A DNA stretch of 64,000 bases, taken from assembly GCA_951406725.2 (NCBI GenBank), contig OX597819.1, positions 19,158,001-19,222,000 on the forward strand, written 5' to 3'. Numbering within the stretch: the stretch's first letter is position 1; every line of letters starts with the position of its first letter. Below the pieces are notes generated by a model. It was given only the letters and a program-made list of their open reading frames with translations. It was not told the DNA's origin and ran no database searches. Made by a program: the position numbers and the translations under genes. Shown here one piece after another: positions 47,331 to 61,182 of the stretch. Source of the DNA: Octopus vulgaris. Taxonomy: Eukaryota.

Positions 47331-47875
47331 ATGTTTGTATTCGTTTGATGTCGACACAGGAAATACCGCCATGAGTGTGGCGATTGTATACAAAGCTCAA
47401 TAAAGTCATCGTGATCCCCCGTCCGATAAGTGTACATTCGGCACGTTCATCATAACAATATGTACGCGGTATCATGATTTCATATCAAGATAAACAGCGT
47501 ATGACCTTGCAAGTGGGGCCCAGTTAGAATTGTCTTCAGGTCGAGTAGCCAATCCTACTCAAATTGTCCCTCTTTTTTTAAGGATGATGAACATAACGCC
47601 CATGTTTCCACAAGTGAAATATTCAAATTCAAAATAATTCCTCTCAACACATTGCTATAATGCCCATCCTACAACTACTCCTGCTTGTTATTAGAGATAT
47701 ACATATTGTCAGCCACCAAGGGACATGCTCAACTCGTTAAGGTAAAGCAACTGACAAGCAAAGGGTGAGCGGAATATTTGGCGCAGTCCACCTTTTGGAC
47801 TAACACATAACCATGTCCATTTGAACACTTGCCTTCATTTAAGATCACTGCCTGGTTTTGCATTGAAACATTATT

Positions 47876-48232
47876 GGTGAGTTGGCTGAATCGTTAACAC
47901 TCCGAGAAAAGTGCTTAGCGACATTTCATTCATTTTCACGTTCTGAGATCTAATTCCGCCAAGGTCGACATTTTCTTTTATCCTTTCGGAGTCGATGAAA
48001 TAAGGACCAGGGAAGCATTGGGGTCGATGTAATCGACTTAATCCCTCCCCACAAATTTCAGGCCTTGTGCTTAGAGTAGAAAGGTTTTTTTCTTTTATTA
48101 TTGTTACTGTTGTTATTTACGGGTTTAGCTGGCAGAAACGTTATTACGTCGAACATCATACTTGGCGGCATTTCGTCCGACTACACATTTTGAGTTCAAT
48201 CTCTGCTAAGGTTGACTTTGCCTTTCATCGTT
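47876..48232 (+). mobile_element. Two diverged SINE family A-type copies (47876-48085 and 48126-48232)
   Basis: gagttggctgaatcgttaacac..atcctttcggagtcgatgaaataaggaccag; the second head is agctggcagaaacgtt..gactttgcctttcatc. Confidence 0.75.
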
Positions 48233-48439
48233 TTTTTTACACTTCTCATTCTTCGTAACTCTTGGGATTCATTCATAAAATGTCTTTATTCTTCGTAGAC
48301 CATACTTTCCACAAAGCCCTCAATGGACCATTCTTACAACATTGTCATTTCCCCTTTTGTATTCACCGATTTTACTTGCTCTGGCCAATTCTTTAAGTGC
48401 AGATAGCAACTATCGACAAAGATCTCACAGCGTCTCTTT

Positions 48440-48960
48440 CCACCCAAGTCCCAATCTCAAAACCCTTGCTGTCCCCAATAGAGGAATTTTCTGCACCTTG
48501 CGCTTCCCTCATGTCATTTCCAAATTTCTAAAACATATTTCTTGAGGCTCTCATTTCGCCTAACACTACGGGAATGGCAGTTACTCTCTTCATTACCCAT
48601 AGTCGGGCAATCTTAACTTTTAGTAGATTGTACAGTTCAATTTTTCCATTTCTTTATCATCAAATCATACATCCCCAGGAACGGCGATATCTATGGTTTT
48701 GATTTCCTTCATAATTTTATCCACTACAACGACGTGTCATCACTACGCATCAATCACTGAGTCACACTAGATTGTATAATCCCGTAAAATCTTGCGTTCA
48801 CTATTCTCGGTGGTGCCTTATGGTTTTATGCTCATTCCATTTCAAGGCCATACTTCTCACACACTCTCCAGTGATCAATAATTAACTACGTTATTATGCC
48901 TCGTTTTGTATTTCTTTTCGGCCAGTTTCATACATTCATTCATATTATGTGAGGTTGTTT
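48440..48960 (-). mobile_element. Older R4/Dong-type RLE LINE 3' fragment
   Basis: Minus strand VVVDKIMKEIKTIDIAVPGDV..EMEKIELYNLLKVKIARLWVMKRVTAIPVVLG..VQKIPLLGTARVLR. Confidence 0.78.
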
Positions 48961-50477
48961 CATTTTTGATGTCACGCGTCTTACGAAGGGTGTTTCACTG
49001 CACTTATCTATTAGGATTACCTGGTGGTAATAAGTTATCTTTGGTTGCCCTCGCCATTACTGCTACCACCTCCCTCTGCTACTTATGCTGCAGCTGCTGC
49101 TATTTGACATTTCTGAAGACTCCTCGGTCATCTGCCCGTTTAGCGTTTTCTAATTTTATTCCTTAACAAAAGGTTTCCACTTCATAAATATTGCGAAATT
49201 CTATTTGTATAACGAGATGCAGTGGTTCTGTATACGAGATAAGGAAGAATCTCACATCACGACATACAAAATAGAATCTAAATTCCGTGGTTTTATTGTT
49301 GAAGGAATTCAAAATGTGTCCCTGATATGAGTTGTATCGGAAAGGGCAATAACAACAAAAACTAGGGCAGCTGAAGTGCCAACAACAGACTCAACAACAT
49401 CCTTATCACAAGACATTCAAACCGAACGATTTCTACTCCAGTATGTATTGTAACCAAAGCAAAACATGGAAGCGAATAGAAGTCAACGGCAGAGCGGATC
49501 ATGTAATGTATTTACGTAGGGGTTTTCGTAGATAGGGATCAATCAAAACCTTTCAACAGAACAGACTAATCAGAACTCCTTTATATAGCAAGATTCAATC
49601 TCATATTAAATGTATCCTTTTAATTTAGAGAGGAATATGATTGATATCTACTTTTGAAGAATTCGTAAGGGAATCATTTCGATTCAATCAAAGATATAAT
49701 TTTACCATTCAGCTTTTATTTTCTTCCATTGTTCTGGTGTCAATGCTGAGGAAGCTGAAGAAAACAGCTTAAGAATTGCTATTAGAAGATTTGATTGCAC
49801 GCGTGTGCTGTACATCATGGTTATTGAAATACAAATACCGAATTGGTGGTGTAAACTGAAGAGTCAATAATCAGAAAGAGCAGAAGTTTTCAGATTGGTG
49901 CAAAGAGGCACTGGTCGATGCAGTAAATTTTTCGCCTTGGTCACAACTGAAAAATGTATTGAAAAGACGTGGGTATATTTTTGCATCAGATTGCCACGAG
50001 ATTACGAGTGTAGTGTGGGCAAAACTGAACCGAATATTCGACGAGAACACCTAAAACTGATATCATGTACAATAAGAATGCGAACGGAGGTCAATCAATG
50101 TATCTCGAATAAAGGACCCGAAAATAAAATGCGATTGTAGTCAACCGTACACACATGGGAGATGGCATTTGCGCAGATTAGTCAGAGGTTTCCAACTTCT
50201 GAGGGCTTCTTTGGACATTGTTTGTATTTCTTTCTTTTCAAACCATCATCATCCGTTTTCAACATTCTTGGTAAGCATGAAGATATTTCGTATTTTAAAA
50301 ATAATCAATAATGATAATGATGACACTTATGATAATTCCTCGCGCTATGGATAACCTCTGATCTTCCGGGTGCAAACGGTGCTAAACGATTTCATTAAAC
50401 ACCACTGCTCGAGTAGTACTTATTTTATGAGTCTGAAAGAATGAAATGTGTAGCTGGTCACGACGGAATTTGAACTC

Positions 50478-50541
<64 letters not shown>

Positions 50542-50544
50542 CAA

Positions 50545-50875
50545 CAAGAATACTCAGAGAGTGAAAATCTCTCAACGATTAGCCAGAGACGATTTTAAAA
50601 ATGAGAATATCTGGAATAAACTCGACTGTCCTCACAAACGAGAATTCTGAGAGTGAACCCGACCGCTCTCAAAATTTAAGTAAAAAAAAACAAAAAAAAA
50701 AAAAGACACAGGAAATATAATCCAGAAACCTTGTTCGGCACCGGATCGATCCTAAAATCTAATCATTTCATGCCAGTTACGAGGCCAAACATCCTTGAAA
50801 GTTTTATTTGAATCCATTCAGCGATTCTCGAGATATCTTTCCCACGGCAAAGAAACAAACACGACGGGAGATAAT
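50545..50875 (+). mobile_element. Possible Helentron/HINE-like non-autonomous repeat
   Basis: ggatcgatcctaaaatctaatca..gaaagttttatttgaatccattcagcgattctcgagatatc resembles the conserved core of HINE/DINE-1-like repeats (recalled, not searched). Confidence 0.4.
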
Positions 50876-50919
50876 AAAAATAATAACAACAACAATAGTC
50901 TCAACAATGATAATGATAA

Positions 50920-51137
50920 ATCTTCTTCTTGTTATTGTTCTTCTTCTTGTTCTTCTTGTTCTTCTTGTTCTTCTTGTTCTTCTTGTTCTTCTTGTTCTTC
51001 TTGTTCTTGTTCTTGTTCTTGTTCTTCTTCTTGTTCCTCTTGTTCTTGTTGTTATTGTTGTTGTTGTTGTTGTTCTTCTTCTTCTTCTTCTTCTTCTTCT
51101 TCTTCTTCTTCTCATTATTATTATTATTATTATTAAA

Positions 51138-51200
<63 letters not shown>
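50920..51200. repeat. Compound (TTCTTCTTG)n/(TTC)n/(TTA)n microsatellite
   Basis: Directly visible. Confidence 0.95.
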
Positions 51201-52226
51201 TTCATTAGTATCGTTCGTTTCACGTAAGGCAGGTGCGCACACCTTCCAGCACAGATGTCTCGAACGTAGATATATATTCACACACGAAAACTAAAAACAT
51301 ACGCTCATATATAAGTGTGTGTGTGTGTATCTGTATGTATATATATATATGTAAATATTATGCACACACACACGTACACCCCCCCTATCTATGTACGTAT
51401 ATATATATGTAAATATGTGTGTATGTATGTACAGGATTCCATTCGAATATGAACGAATATGAATAAGTGTAAGGTAAGATATAAAACAAACGGAATAATA
51501 CAATTGTTTTCGTTCCGAATGTATTATTTTCAAATATAATCTACTTGCTCAATATATAACCAGATTATAACGCTAACATATGACATACTGGATTTATAAA
51601 AAAAAAAGAAAAATACTAAAATTGGTCTTAGTATCTTAATCCTGTGATTTCTTGATTTATTTTAAGGGCCAGATCATATTTCAAACACTTATATCTAATT
51701 TATTTTTTTATTTAATTTTGTCATAATGTTCAGAGGATTTGCCTTTGCGTTTCTTTTAGTTAGTGAGACATAAGGCAAGATGTGATCTGATTAGGCAATT
51801 GTATCTTGTAGGACCAACAAGTATTTCTTAAAGCTTTTGTTAAGTTTAATAAATGTATGTGTAGTTTATGAGGTTTTCTTTATTATTTTATAATTTTGAT
51901 TTCCATGTCGAGAGTTGTTCAGTTAAAGTTAAACATGGAATCTGCAAATGTATATTTTTCCAAACAGGATTTGCATTTTGCGAGTAGTAAGGGTTTTTTT
52001 TTATCAGTTCTTCCATCTCTTTGTTTGTCTTTCATCTTATCTATCTATCTGTCTGTCTGTCTGTCTAACTATCTATCTGTCAATTTATCTATCTATCGGT
52101 AGATCTCCACAGAAATGTATATTGTAACATATAATTCAGTCTCTATGTACACACACACACGCGCACACAAACACACACACACACACACATACATACATAC
52201 ATACATGTATATTTATATGTATATAT

Positions 52227-52281
<55 letters not shown>

Positions 52282-52378
52282 CGGGAAGCTTTATGAAAAT
52301 AGACAAAAGACGAAGGCAGGTGGAAAACAAACAAACAATTGTATTAGTATGGCGCTCAGGAAATATAAATAAAACAAG

Positions 52379-52416
52379 TCTTTAACGTTTCGAGCCTACG
52401 CTCTTCAACGGAAAGA
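52379..52416 (-). ncRNA. Minimal hammerhead-ribozyme-like motif in the PLE terminal repeat
   Basis: Minus strand UCUUU-CCGUUGA-A-GAGC-GUAG-GCUC-GAAA-CG-UU-AAAGA. The location matches known PLE hammerheads, but the core is non-canonical. Confidence 0.6.
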
Positions 52417-52522
52417 TACACAGAGAGAAAAAAAAACACAGAAAGAAGGAGAGAAAAAAAATGCGTGCAGTAACTAACGAATCAACATGGCGATCTGATT
52501 TCGGCCAGAAGTGTGTGTGTGA

Positions 52523-52610
52523 GTGTATGAGAGAGTATTAGTGCGTATGAGAGGTCTGGACGTGTGTATGTATAGGGTTGTTGTATGTATTAGTATGTAT
52601 TAGTAGGTAT

Positions 52611-52645
<35 letters not shown>

Positions 52646-52755
52646 AGAGAGTATTAGTGCGTATGAGAGGTCTGGACGTGTGTATGTATAGGGTTGGTGT
52701 ATGTATTAGTATGTATTAGTGTGTATTAGTATGTATTAGTATGTATTAGTTAGTG
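52523..52755. repeat. Tandem duplication (~115-bp period) and (TATTAGTATG)n inside the PLE 3' region
   Basis: gtgtatgagagagtattagtgcgtatgagaggtctggacgtgtgtatgtatagggttg occurs twice. Confidence 0.85.
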
Positions 52756-55102
52756 TATGTATTAGTATGGCACATCATATATGATGTGATGTGTAAAGTC
52801 GTATGGTGTAGTTAGGAGAGAGGAGAAGAGGGGGAGGAGAGGAGGGGGAGAGGGGGATAGAGGGGAGGGGGAGAATGAAGGGGATGAGGGGGAGGAGGAA
52901 GGAGGAAAGAGGGAGAGGGGGAGAGAGAAGGGGGTGAGAGAGCAGAGGGAAGGAGAAGAGGGACGGAGGGAGGGAGAAAGAGGGAAGAAGGGAAGGGGAG
53001 TAGGGGTGAAAGGATGAAGGACTGAAGAAGTAGGGGTCGGGGGGAAAAGGTAGGTGATGAGGGGGGAGAGGGGGGTTAGATGAGGAGGGGGGGGAGAGTT
53101 GAGACCAAATGGCGTATAAGAGCGAAGAGAGAAGATTAATTCCTGTTCACGGCGCAAACGGGAATCCGGATGGCCTCTGTGTAAGGACAAACCGAACACA
53201 GATATTTGTTGCAAGGAGTGACCGGTGGAGCGGAAATGGCGAGAGACCGGTGTGTCGTTCGCAAGGTGGATGTCACGAAGGTGTTCCGCGAACCGGTCAG
53301 CCAAGCGGCGTCCCGTTTGTCCGATGTACAAGGAATGGCAGAGAGAGCAAGAGACGCAATAGATAATGTTGCTGGAGGTGCAGGTGAAGAAGTGGATGAT
53401 GGGATAGGGTCGATGATGGGTGCTAGTGAGGAGGGTGGTGTTGGAGAGGTAAGGGCAAGTGCGGCAACGTGGGCGGAAGCAGGGGAACGAGCCGGGTTGG
53501 GAGGTAGGGTCAGGGAAGGAGCTATGGACCAAAAGGTCTCGAAGGTTGTGGGCTCGTTTGAAGGAGGGGAGGGGTCGGTTAGGGAAGAGGTGTGAAGTGG
53601 ACGGGTCGGACTGGAGATGACGGAAAGCTCGAAGAATGGTGCGTTGGAGAGGTAGGGTCGTGGGGTGGTAAGTGAGGGGAAAAGGGAGGCGGGAGACTAC
53701 AGGGCGGGTTCGGGGAGAGAGAGCAGATACACGGTCCACGGACCGTATGTATATATATATATATATATATACATAAGTTCAGTAAAAAATTAGATTCAGT
53801 TGAATATGGTACTTAAGTTAAAGGCACCAGAATTTAGTATGGTATTATCCATATAATTTAAAAAAAAAGTGATTATAATCAAAATAAGCAACAAGGATAT
53901 CGAAAGGTGATGCAGTGCGATCATTTCTTTCGACTCCATTTAATTAAACAAAGTACGTAATTATAAGAATAGTGACGAAATTTGTGAAAATATCTAAGAA
54001 TTCGCTTAATCGGTAAGAAATAGGATCAGCAATGGATGGATGTATAGATGCGAATTATCTCAGTGTGAGTTTGAGTTTGTAGTACTTGTTCAAATTTTAT
54101 GGATAATTACTGTCTATATATCGCAACAATGTTTTAACATTTTCAGCAGAGGCCAAACATTCATTAGAAGAAAACGCAGCCTGTATTCTAAACATTTACG
54201 ACACGTTTGTTCTGGTAATGTGCAGATTTTTGCGCATTCCCTGTCGGATCAAATTGCGGAAACAAGCAATGAAAAGTATTTGTATTTATCCGTCCTAAAT
54301 AGTTGAATATTGCTCCGTTCAATAATTTGGAGGTGTAATTTTCCAATAATTCAGTATGAATTTTTCTAAACGGAGACAATTTGTGAAAATCTCTAATTTA
54401 CTATTTATTATTGCTGCATATATATTAACGCTATCATTCAGGAAGGTATGTATTGAGGACTCAATTGTCTAAAATCCAATTTATCTAAACACACATACAG
54501 TTGCATATATGTGTGTGTGTGTGTATGTGTGTGTATGTTTGTGTGAGTAAATTTACATACATACATACTTTTATAATTATGAGGGAAACCAGAAATGCGG
54601 TTAGAAAGATTTTTTATTCCACACACCGATCGTTTCGACGCATCCTTTGCCTTACGGGTGGGATATTACATAGCTTGTTGTGTTGCATCCATCTTTGCAG
54701 GATGAATCTCATCATGCGTTACGTTTTATATAAGATGTTTCGCTACGTATACCGGGTTTTACTTGGCAGGTTGTGGTCGCCCGTAGGATATTTGCAATAA
54801 CCAATGTCTTACCGGCGACCACAACACTCCAAGTGAAACTCGGTATACGTAAAGATCATTGTGCTGACTGAAGATTCTCCATCTTCCGTTTCCGTCTTTT
54901 ATCATAAACTCAACAAGCAACGCGTGATTCCTCACGTAGACCCAGTGAAAATTATATCATAACTGTGGATAACATTAGGTAGCCTAAACTGTGTAAGTGC
55001 TTTAATCGGCATACTATTAGACATATACCCAAAGTTCAAATAATTACTCACGTATACATATTCATACATATATAAATATACATATATATGTACACACACA
55101 CA

Positions 55103-55195
<93 letters not shown>

Positions 55196-55231
55196 TACAT
55201 GCATACATATGTATATGTATATATATATATG

Positions 55232-55282
<51 letters not shown>

Positions 55283-55449
55283 ATACACGCCTTACCCAGC
55301 TTCTTGTATAACACATTAATGATGTATTCTACTACCGTTAAGTTACATATCCTACAGACACACACTCACACACTCATGCACACGCACACAAATACACATA
55401 GGTATGTATATATGCATTTATACATACATACATACATACATACATACAA

Positions 55450-55504
<55 letters not shown>

Positions 55505-56439
55505 TCTATTATACCCGAGAGCCGTGAGTTGTTTCGTAAAGTAAGCAAGGAGGCCATGAGTGCATGAGGCCGTCAATCTCGTCGTTTTAATGGAGGCTAA
55601 TATTACACAGGAGTCTAGTATTTCGTCATGTCGACAGCTAACTCACTACCTCGCAAACGCTATATCATTTTCTTTGTTTTAGCTATTTGTCGCTTATAAG
55701 TTTTATTTTCACTTTCATTTGTTTTTAAATTCCTTATATTCTCAGATCACTTAGTCATGTCTTTTAAATCTGACTCGGCTTTCTTTGCTGCGATTGTCTT
55801 ATATTTTTATATTACTGTATCGCTATATATTTTTTTTTCTTTCTTATATTTTGTTCATTTTATTGGTTTGTTAAAAGAACATTGATGGCGACGGGATCCA
55901 ACCACCGCTCACACTCACGTCTGCCTCACTCCTTACTTAGAACTCATCTTCAACAACACTTTATACTCTTCTCTCCCACTTCCTCTTCCATCAAAGTGCA
56001 CTCCTCTCCCTTTCCTCTACTCATACCACTTCCCTCTCTTTCCTCTCTCACTACAACCCATTCTCTTTCCTCTATTCCTCCTTCTTCCCCAATGCAATTC
56101 TTCCCCCATTTCCTCACACCCATCCTCACCACTCTCCTCTTCCTCCTTTGACATCACCTTAACCCTTCTCATCCTTCTATTTTCTCCATGTCTCTTCCTC
56201 TAACTTTATGCCTTTTTCTCTTCTTGTTCTTGTTGTTGTTGCTGTCAATGACCTGCTTTTTAAGGGTGCTACATTCAAAGTTGTTGTTATAACGATGGCG
56301 GGTATAATTGATATTGTTGTTGTTGTCGTCGTTGTTGTTGTTGTTGCTGTCAATGTTAGTCGTGTTGTTTTACAATTTTTCATGTCCTGTATGATGGTTT
56401 CAAACATTGATGTCGCTGTTCTTACATCACAATCAATCA

Positions 56440-56455
56440 CATCATCATCACCATC

Positions 56456-56487
<32 letters not shown>

Positions 56488-56612
56488 CACTATCATCATC
56501 GTCATCGTCGTCGTCGTCATCTTCCGCACATTCATCGTCAACAAAACAGCATCAATATTAACCTCAGCAACAACACCAAAAACAGTACCAACAACAACAC
56601 CACAAATAATAC

Positions 56613-56662
<50 letters not shown>

Positions 56663-56700
56663 GCCGTAGTATTAATAATAATGATGATAGTAGTGGTAGC

Positions 56701-56740
<40 letters not shown>

Positions 56741-57530
56741 ATAATAATAATAATGATGATAACAATAATAATAATAGTAATAATAATAATAACATGAAGA
56801 AGAAGAAAAAGAAGAGGAAGAAGAAGGAGAAGAAGGTGAACTAGAAGAAGGAGAAGAAAGAGAAGGAGAAGAAGGAGAAGAAGAAGAAGAAGAATAAGAA
56901 GAAGAAGAGGGAGGGGGAGGAGGAATAGAAGGAAGAGAAAAAGGAGAAGGAGAAGGAGAAGAAGGAGAAGAAAAGGAAAAGGAGAATGAGAAGAAGGAGA
57001 AGAAGAAGAAAAAGAAGAAGAAGAAGAAGAAGAAGAAGAAAAAATGAGAAGAAGAAGAATAAGGAGAAGGAAAAGAATGAGAAGAAGAGGAAGGAGAAGG
57101 AAAAAGGAGAAGAATGAGAAGGAGAAGAAGAAGAAGAAAAAGAAGAAGAAGAAAAAGAAGAAGAAGAAGAAGAAGAAGAAGAAGAAGAAGAAGAAGAAGA
57201 AGAAGAAGAAGAAGGAGAAGAAGGAGAAGAAGAATGACAAATGAATAGTCATTCGTGTACATATCCCTCCTCCACAAACAAGTCTTCCGAGGATAATCTC
57301 TTTGTAAATCCTCAACATGCTATTACTTAATGTCCCCTACTTCAATAAACTCCTTTTTACAATTCGTTATATCTTTATTCATCATCACAACGATCATCAT
57401 CATCATCATCACCATCATCGCCATCGTTATCAAGGGGATCATTATTATCATTATCGCCGTCGACATCGTCATCGTCTTCACCGACATCATTGCTGCCAGC
57501 GTGTTATCACGAACCATTATTATGGCTTTC

Positions 57531-57588
<58 letters not shown>

Positions 57589-57842
57589 AATCATCATCAT
57601 TATCATCATCACCATAATCATCATCACCATAATCATCATCACCATCATCACCATAATCATCATCAATATCATCGTCCTCATCATCATCAACATCATCGTT
57701 ATCATCATCATCATCGTCATCATCGTCATCATCATCAACATCATCATCATCATCATCATCATCATCGTCGTCGTCGTCGTCGTCTTTATCATAACCACCA
57801 CCACCACCACCACCACCACCACCACCATCATCATCATCATCG

Positions 57843-57888
<46 letters not shown>

Positions 57889-58123
57889 AATCATCATCAT
57901 TATCATCATCACCATAATCATCATCACCATAATCATCATCACCATCATCACCATAATCATCATCAATATCATCGTCCTCATCATCATCAACATCATCGTT
58001 ATCATCATCATCATCATCGTCATCATCGTCATCATCATCAACATCATCATCATCATCATCGTCATCATCGTCGTCGTCGTCGTCGTCGTCTTTATCATAA
58101 CCACCACCACCACCACCACCACC

Positions 58124-58202
<79 letters not shown>

Positions 58203-58215
58203 CCACCTCCAACAT
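56440..58215. repeat. Large compound trinucleotide block ((CAT)n, (AAT)n, (AGT)n, (GAA)n, (CAC)n) with a ~300-bp higher-order duplication
   Basis: Directly visible. 57560-57850 repeats at 57860-58150. Confidence 0.9.
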
Positions 58216-58814
58216 CAGTAGCAGCAGTAGCACCATCACTATTGTCATAATCCACAGCATTATCTCTCCTTCCATCCCATCGCCCCACCGACCCCCCCCC
58301 CCCCCTCTCCATTACATTAGGTGCTGATAATGTCAACAGACAGTATATTTGGCCCTATTTACCACTTTAAATGACAATTGACACCCATTGTCTTCAATTA
58401 CACTCTCCTTCATCAACTTTAATCAGAATGACGAATATTTCATCGCCGCCATCACCACCACCACCACTAGCGACAACAACAACAACAACAACAACAACAA
58501 CAGCAACAGCAACAACAACAACGGTAGTCCTACATCTAGCTTCGCAACCAGCGTCATCATCTCCTTTGGTAGGATCAGTGTTAGCAACGAAGACAACAAC
58601 ATCTTAAAGAAAAGCGATGCAAAATGAATTAAGACGGTAACTGAATAAGCATTACAAGAACTGTAGCAGATATGATAACATAGTAATAATGACTGGATGT
58701 CTGCGAGGTGCCATTGGGAAGAATTCACTCTTGACTTATGGTGAAATATAATTATTGGTAGGAGGTCTTTCCTATATTTAGAAGTCTTGTGACTTTGAGA
58801 GGGGTTATTTTAAC

Positions 58815-59159
58815 TGTTTCAGTCATCTGACTGCGGCCATGCTGGAGCAGCATCGTTATTCGACCAAATCGAATCTAGCACTGAACATTTGTAAGCCTAG
58901 TACTTAGTCTATTGGTCTTTTTTGCTAACCGCTAGATTATGGAGACTTATACACACCAACATCGATTTTCAAACGATGGTGGTCACACACACACAAACAT
59001 ATATATATATGTTTCCGTATACCAAATCCACCCGGAAGTCTTTAGTCAGCCCGAGGGTATAGTAGAAGACACTTCCCCAAGGTGCCACAGAGTGGGACTG
59101 AACCCAGAGCCATGTGGTTGGTAAGCAATCTACTTACCATACAGCCACTCCTGCACCTA
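58815..59159 (-). mobile_element. SINE family B, internally deleted copy with head and tail
   Basis: Tail gtttcagtcatctgactgcggccatgctggagca and head gtggttggtaagcaatctacttaccatacagccactcctgcaccta. Confidence 0.85.
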
Positions 59160-59369
59160 GACGAATTTAATAAATTGGTTTGTAAATGATGGGGTTGTAA
59201 TTGTGAGCCTACTGTGTACGGTTAAGACAAAAGTTGAAGTATATCGGATTAAACGCATTGTCCATGGGTGGCTGATCTCTTTGACACCGCCACTTGGATG
59301 TTGATTGGCTGCATTAGAGTTACAGTAGTACCTCGCTTTTCGAACAACTCTGATCTCGAATAAATCGTG

Positions 59370-59407
<38 letters not shown>

Positions 59408-59458
59408 GGAAAAAAAGTCAAGATAGTAGATGCTAAAATAATTTTATAAAAAACATTT

Positions 59459-59494
59459 CAGTACCGGTTTCAGTAATTGAGACTTTTTCAACTG
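59459..59494 (-). ncRNA. Minimal hammerhead-ribozyme-like motif (third family)
   Basis: Minus strand CAG-UUGAAAA-AGU-CUCAAUU-ACU-GAAA-CCGG-UA-CUG. All three helices are present and helix III is the palindrome ACCGGU. The core deviates from CUGANGA at two positions. Lies ~50 bp from (TA)n. Confidence 0.5.
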
Positions 59495-59657
59495 TAAGTG
59501 TGGAAAACAATTATATTTTGGAAAAATGAAAAGAAAAATTCTTTTTAAAGAATATTTGCATAGTGTTCAAATACAAGTGGCATTTTCCTTGTTTCTGCCT
59601 GTCTCTGTCTCTCTTGTTTACTCTTGTGGGTTCGAGGTCGTTATATACATACATACA

Positions 59658-59718
<61 letters not shown>

Positions 59719-60490
59719 TGAGAGAGAGAAAGAGAGAGAGAGTGAGTGAGAGAGCGAGAGAAAGAGAGATAAATAGATAGAAGTAAATATATATAAAGCA
59801 CGATATATTCGTGATCAGCATTGTTCTAAAACCGAGATTCTACTGTAGTTCTATTGCAAGGGATCAGAACACGGTGCCCGTATTAGTTCATAGATATCGT
59901 CACCAGTTCTTCTTAAGAAGCTACAATCGCTTTGCATAAAAGTCATCTATTTCTTTCTTCAAATTCATCAAATTCGCCAAACCCCTTCTAATTCATATTC
60001 CAGTCATCTCTGCGTCACTCCTGTAAAAACAAACGAAATGCAATTTAGTAGGGTTTGAAGAAGACAACAGCTAGTAAGACATAAAGTCAATAAGGGAGAT
60101 ATAAGGAGAACTACACTTAGTTGTCGGGGAGATTCAGCGTCACACAGAGTTGGACAAGGCTGACCCTTTGAAATACATGTACAACAGAAGGGGAAATTAG
60201 CTGGAAGTCGACATGAAATCGCTACTTATTCAACATAATCCTACTAAATAGTTATAATAACGGGTGTTATAATAGTTATAATAGCACGCACACGCACAAA
60301 CCTATACACGCATATTATTTAGCTTAATGCAGTTGTTGGAACTGAATTCCATAGGGTTCAGAACAAAGCTTGAGTCGAGTATGGAACAGTACGAAGACAT
60401 GAAATAAATGAGAAAGAAACAAAGTTTATGACGTAATTTCTTATTTCATTGTTAATTATCTAATTTCATATGTGTGTGTGTGTGTATCGT

Positions 60491-60843
60491 GGCACTCCGC
60501 CGCTTGCTGCGACGAGGGTTCCAGTTGATCCGACCAGCGGAACAGACTGCTTGTGAAATTAACGTGAAAGTGGCTGAGCTCTCCACAGACACGTGTATTC
60601 AGCGTGACACAGAGTGTGAGAAGGCTGGTCCTTTGAAATACAGATAGAAGAGAAACATGAAGAAAGAGTGAGACAGGGTTGTGGTGAAAGAGTACAGCAG
60701 GGTTCGCCAGCCCACCCTCCTACCGGTGCCTCGTGGTGCTTTAGGTGCTTTCGCTCAGTAGACACTCACAACGCCTGGTCTGGGATTCGCAGCCGCGATC
60801 ATACGACCCCGTGTCCACTACCCTAACCACAGGGCCATTGCGT
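60491..60843 (-). mobile_element. tRNA-derived SINE family C, full length with native tail
   Basis: Minus head gcaatggccctgtggttagggtagtggac..gcgaatcccagacc, body ctgctgtactctttcaccacaa, tail ggaaccctcgtcgcagcaagcggcggagtgcc. Confidence 0.85.
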
Positions 60844-60852
60844 TTCCACAAA

Positions 60853-60949
<97 letters not shown>

Positions 60950-61023
60950 GGATATATATATATATATATATTTATATATACAAGTGTATATATATGTATA
61001 TGTATATACGTATGTGTGTGTGT

Positions 61024-61182
<159 letters not shown>

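Larger units (their letters stand above)
52281..53745 (-). mobile_element. Penelope-like element (Neptune-type), 5'-truncated: Cys linker, GIY-YIG endonuclease and 3' pLTR
   Basis: ORF 52762-53739: PLTYHP..CFRPRCRTC (Cys linker), TCTSSNIIYCVSCSLCHSLYIGQTGRRLADRFAEH..PVSRHF..RLRREQELIFSL..PFGLN. Flanked by (TA)n at both ends. Confidence 0.93.

Noticed and set aside
52600-52760. TATTAG-containing repeats as telomeric sequence or a CRISPR-like array
   Set aside because: Not (TTAGGG)n and no unique spacers. It is a simple minisatellite inside the PLE 3' region.
57490-58221. His-rich 243-aa ORF as a cephalopod histidine-rich structural protein
   Set aside because: Pure CAT/CAC/CGT slippage repeat, open in several frames on both strands, with no signal peptide or Gly-His-Gly-type motifs.
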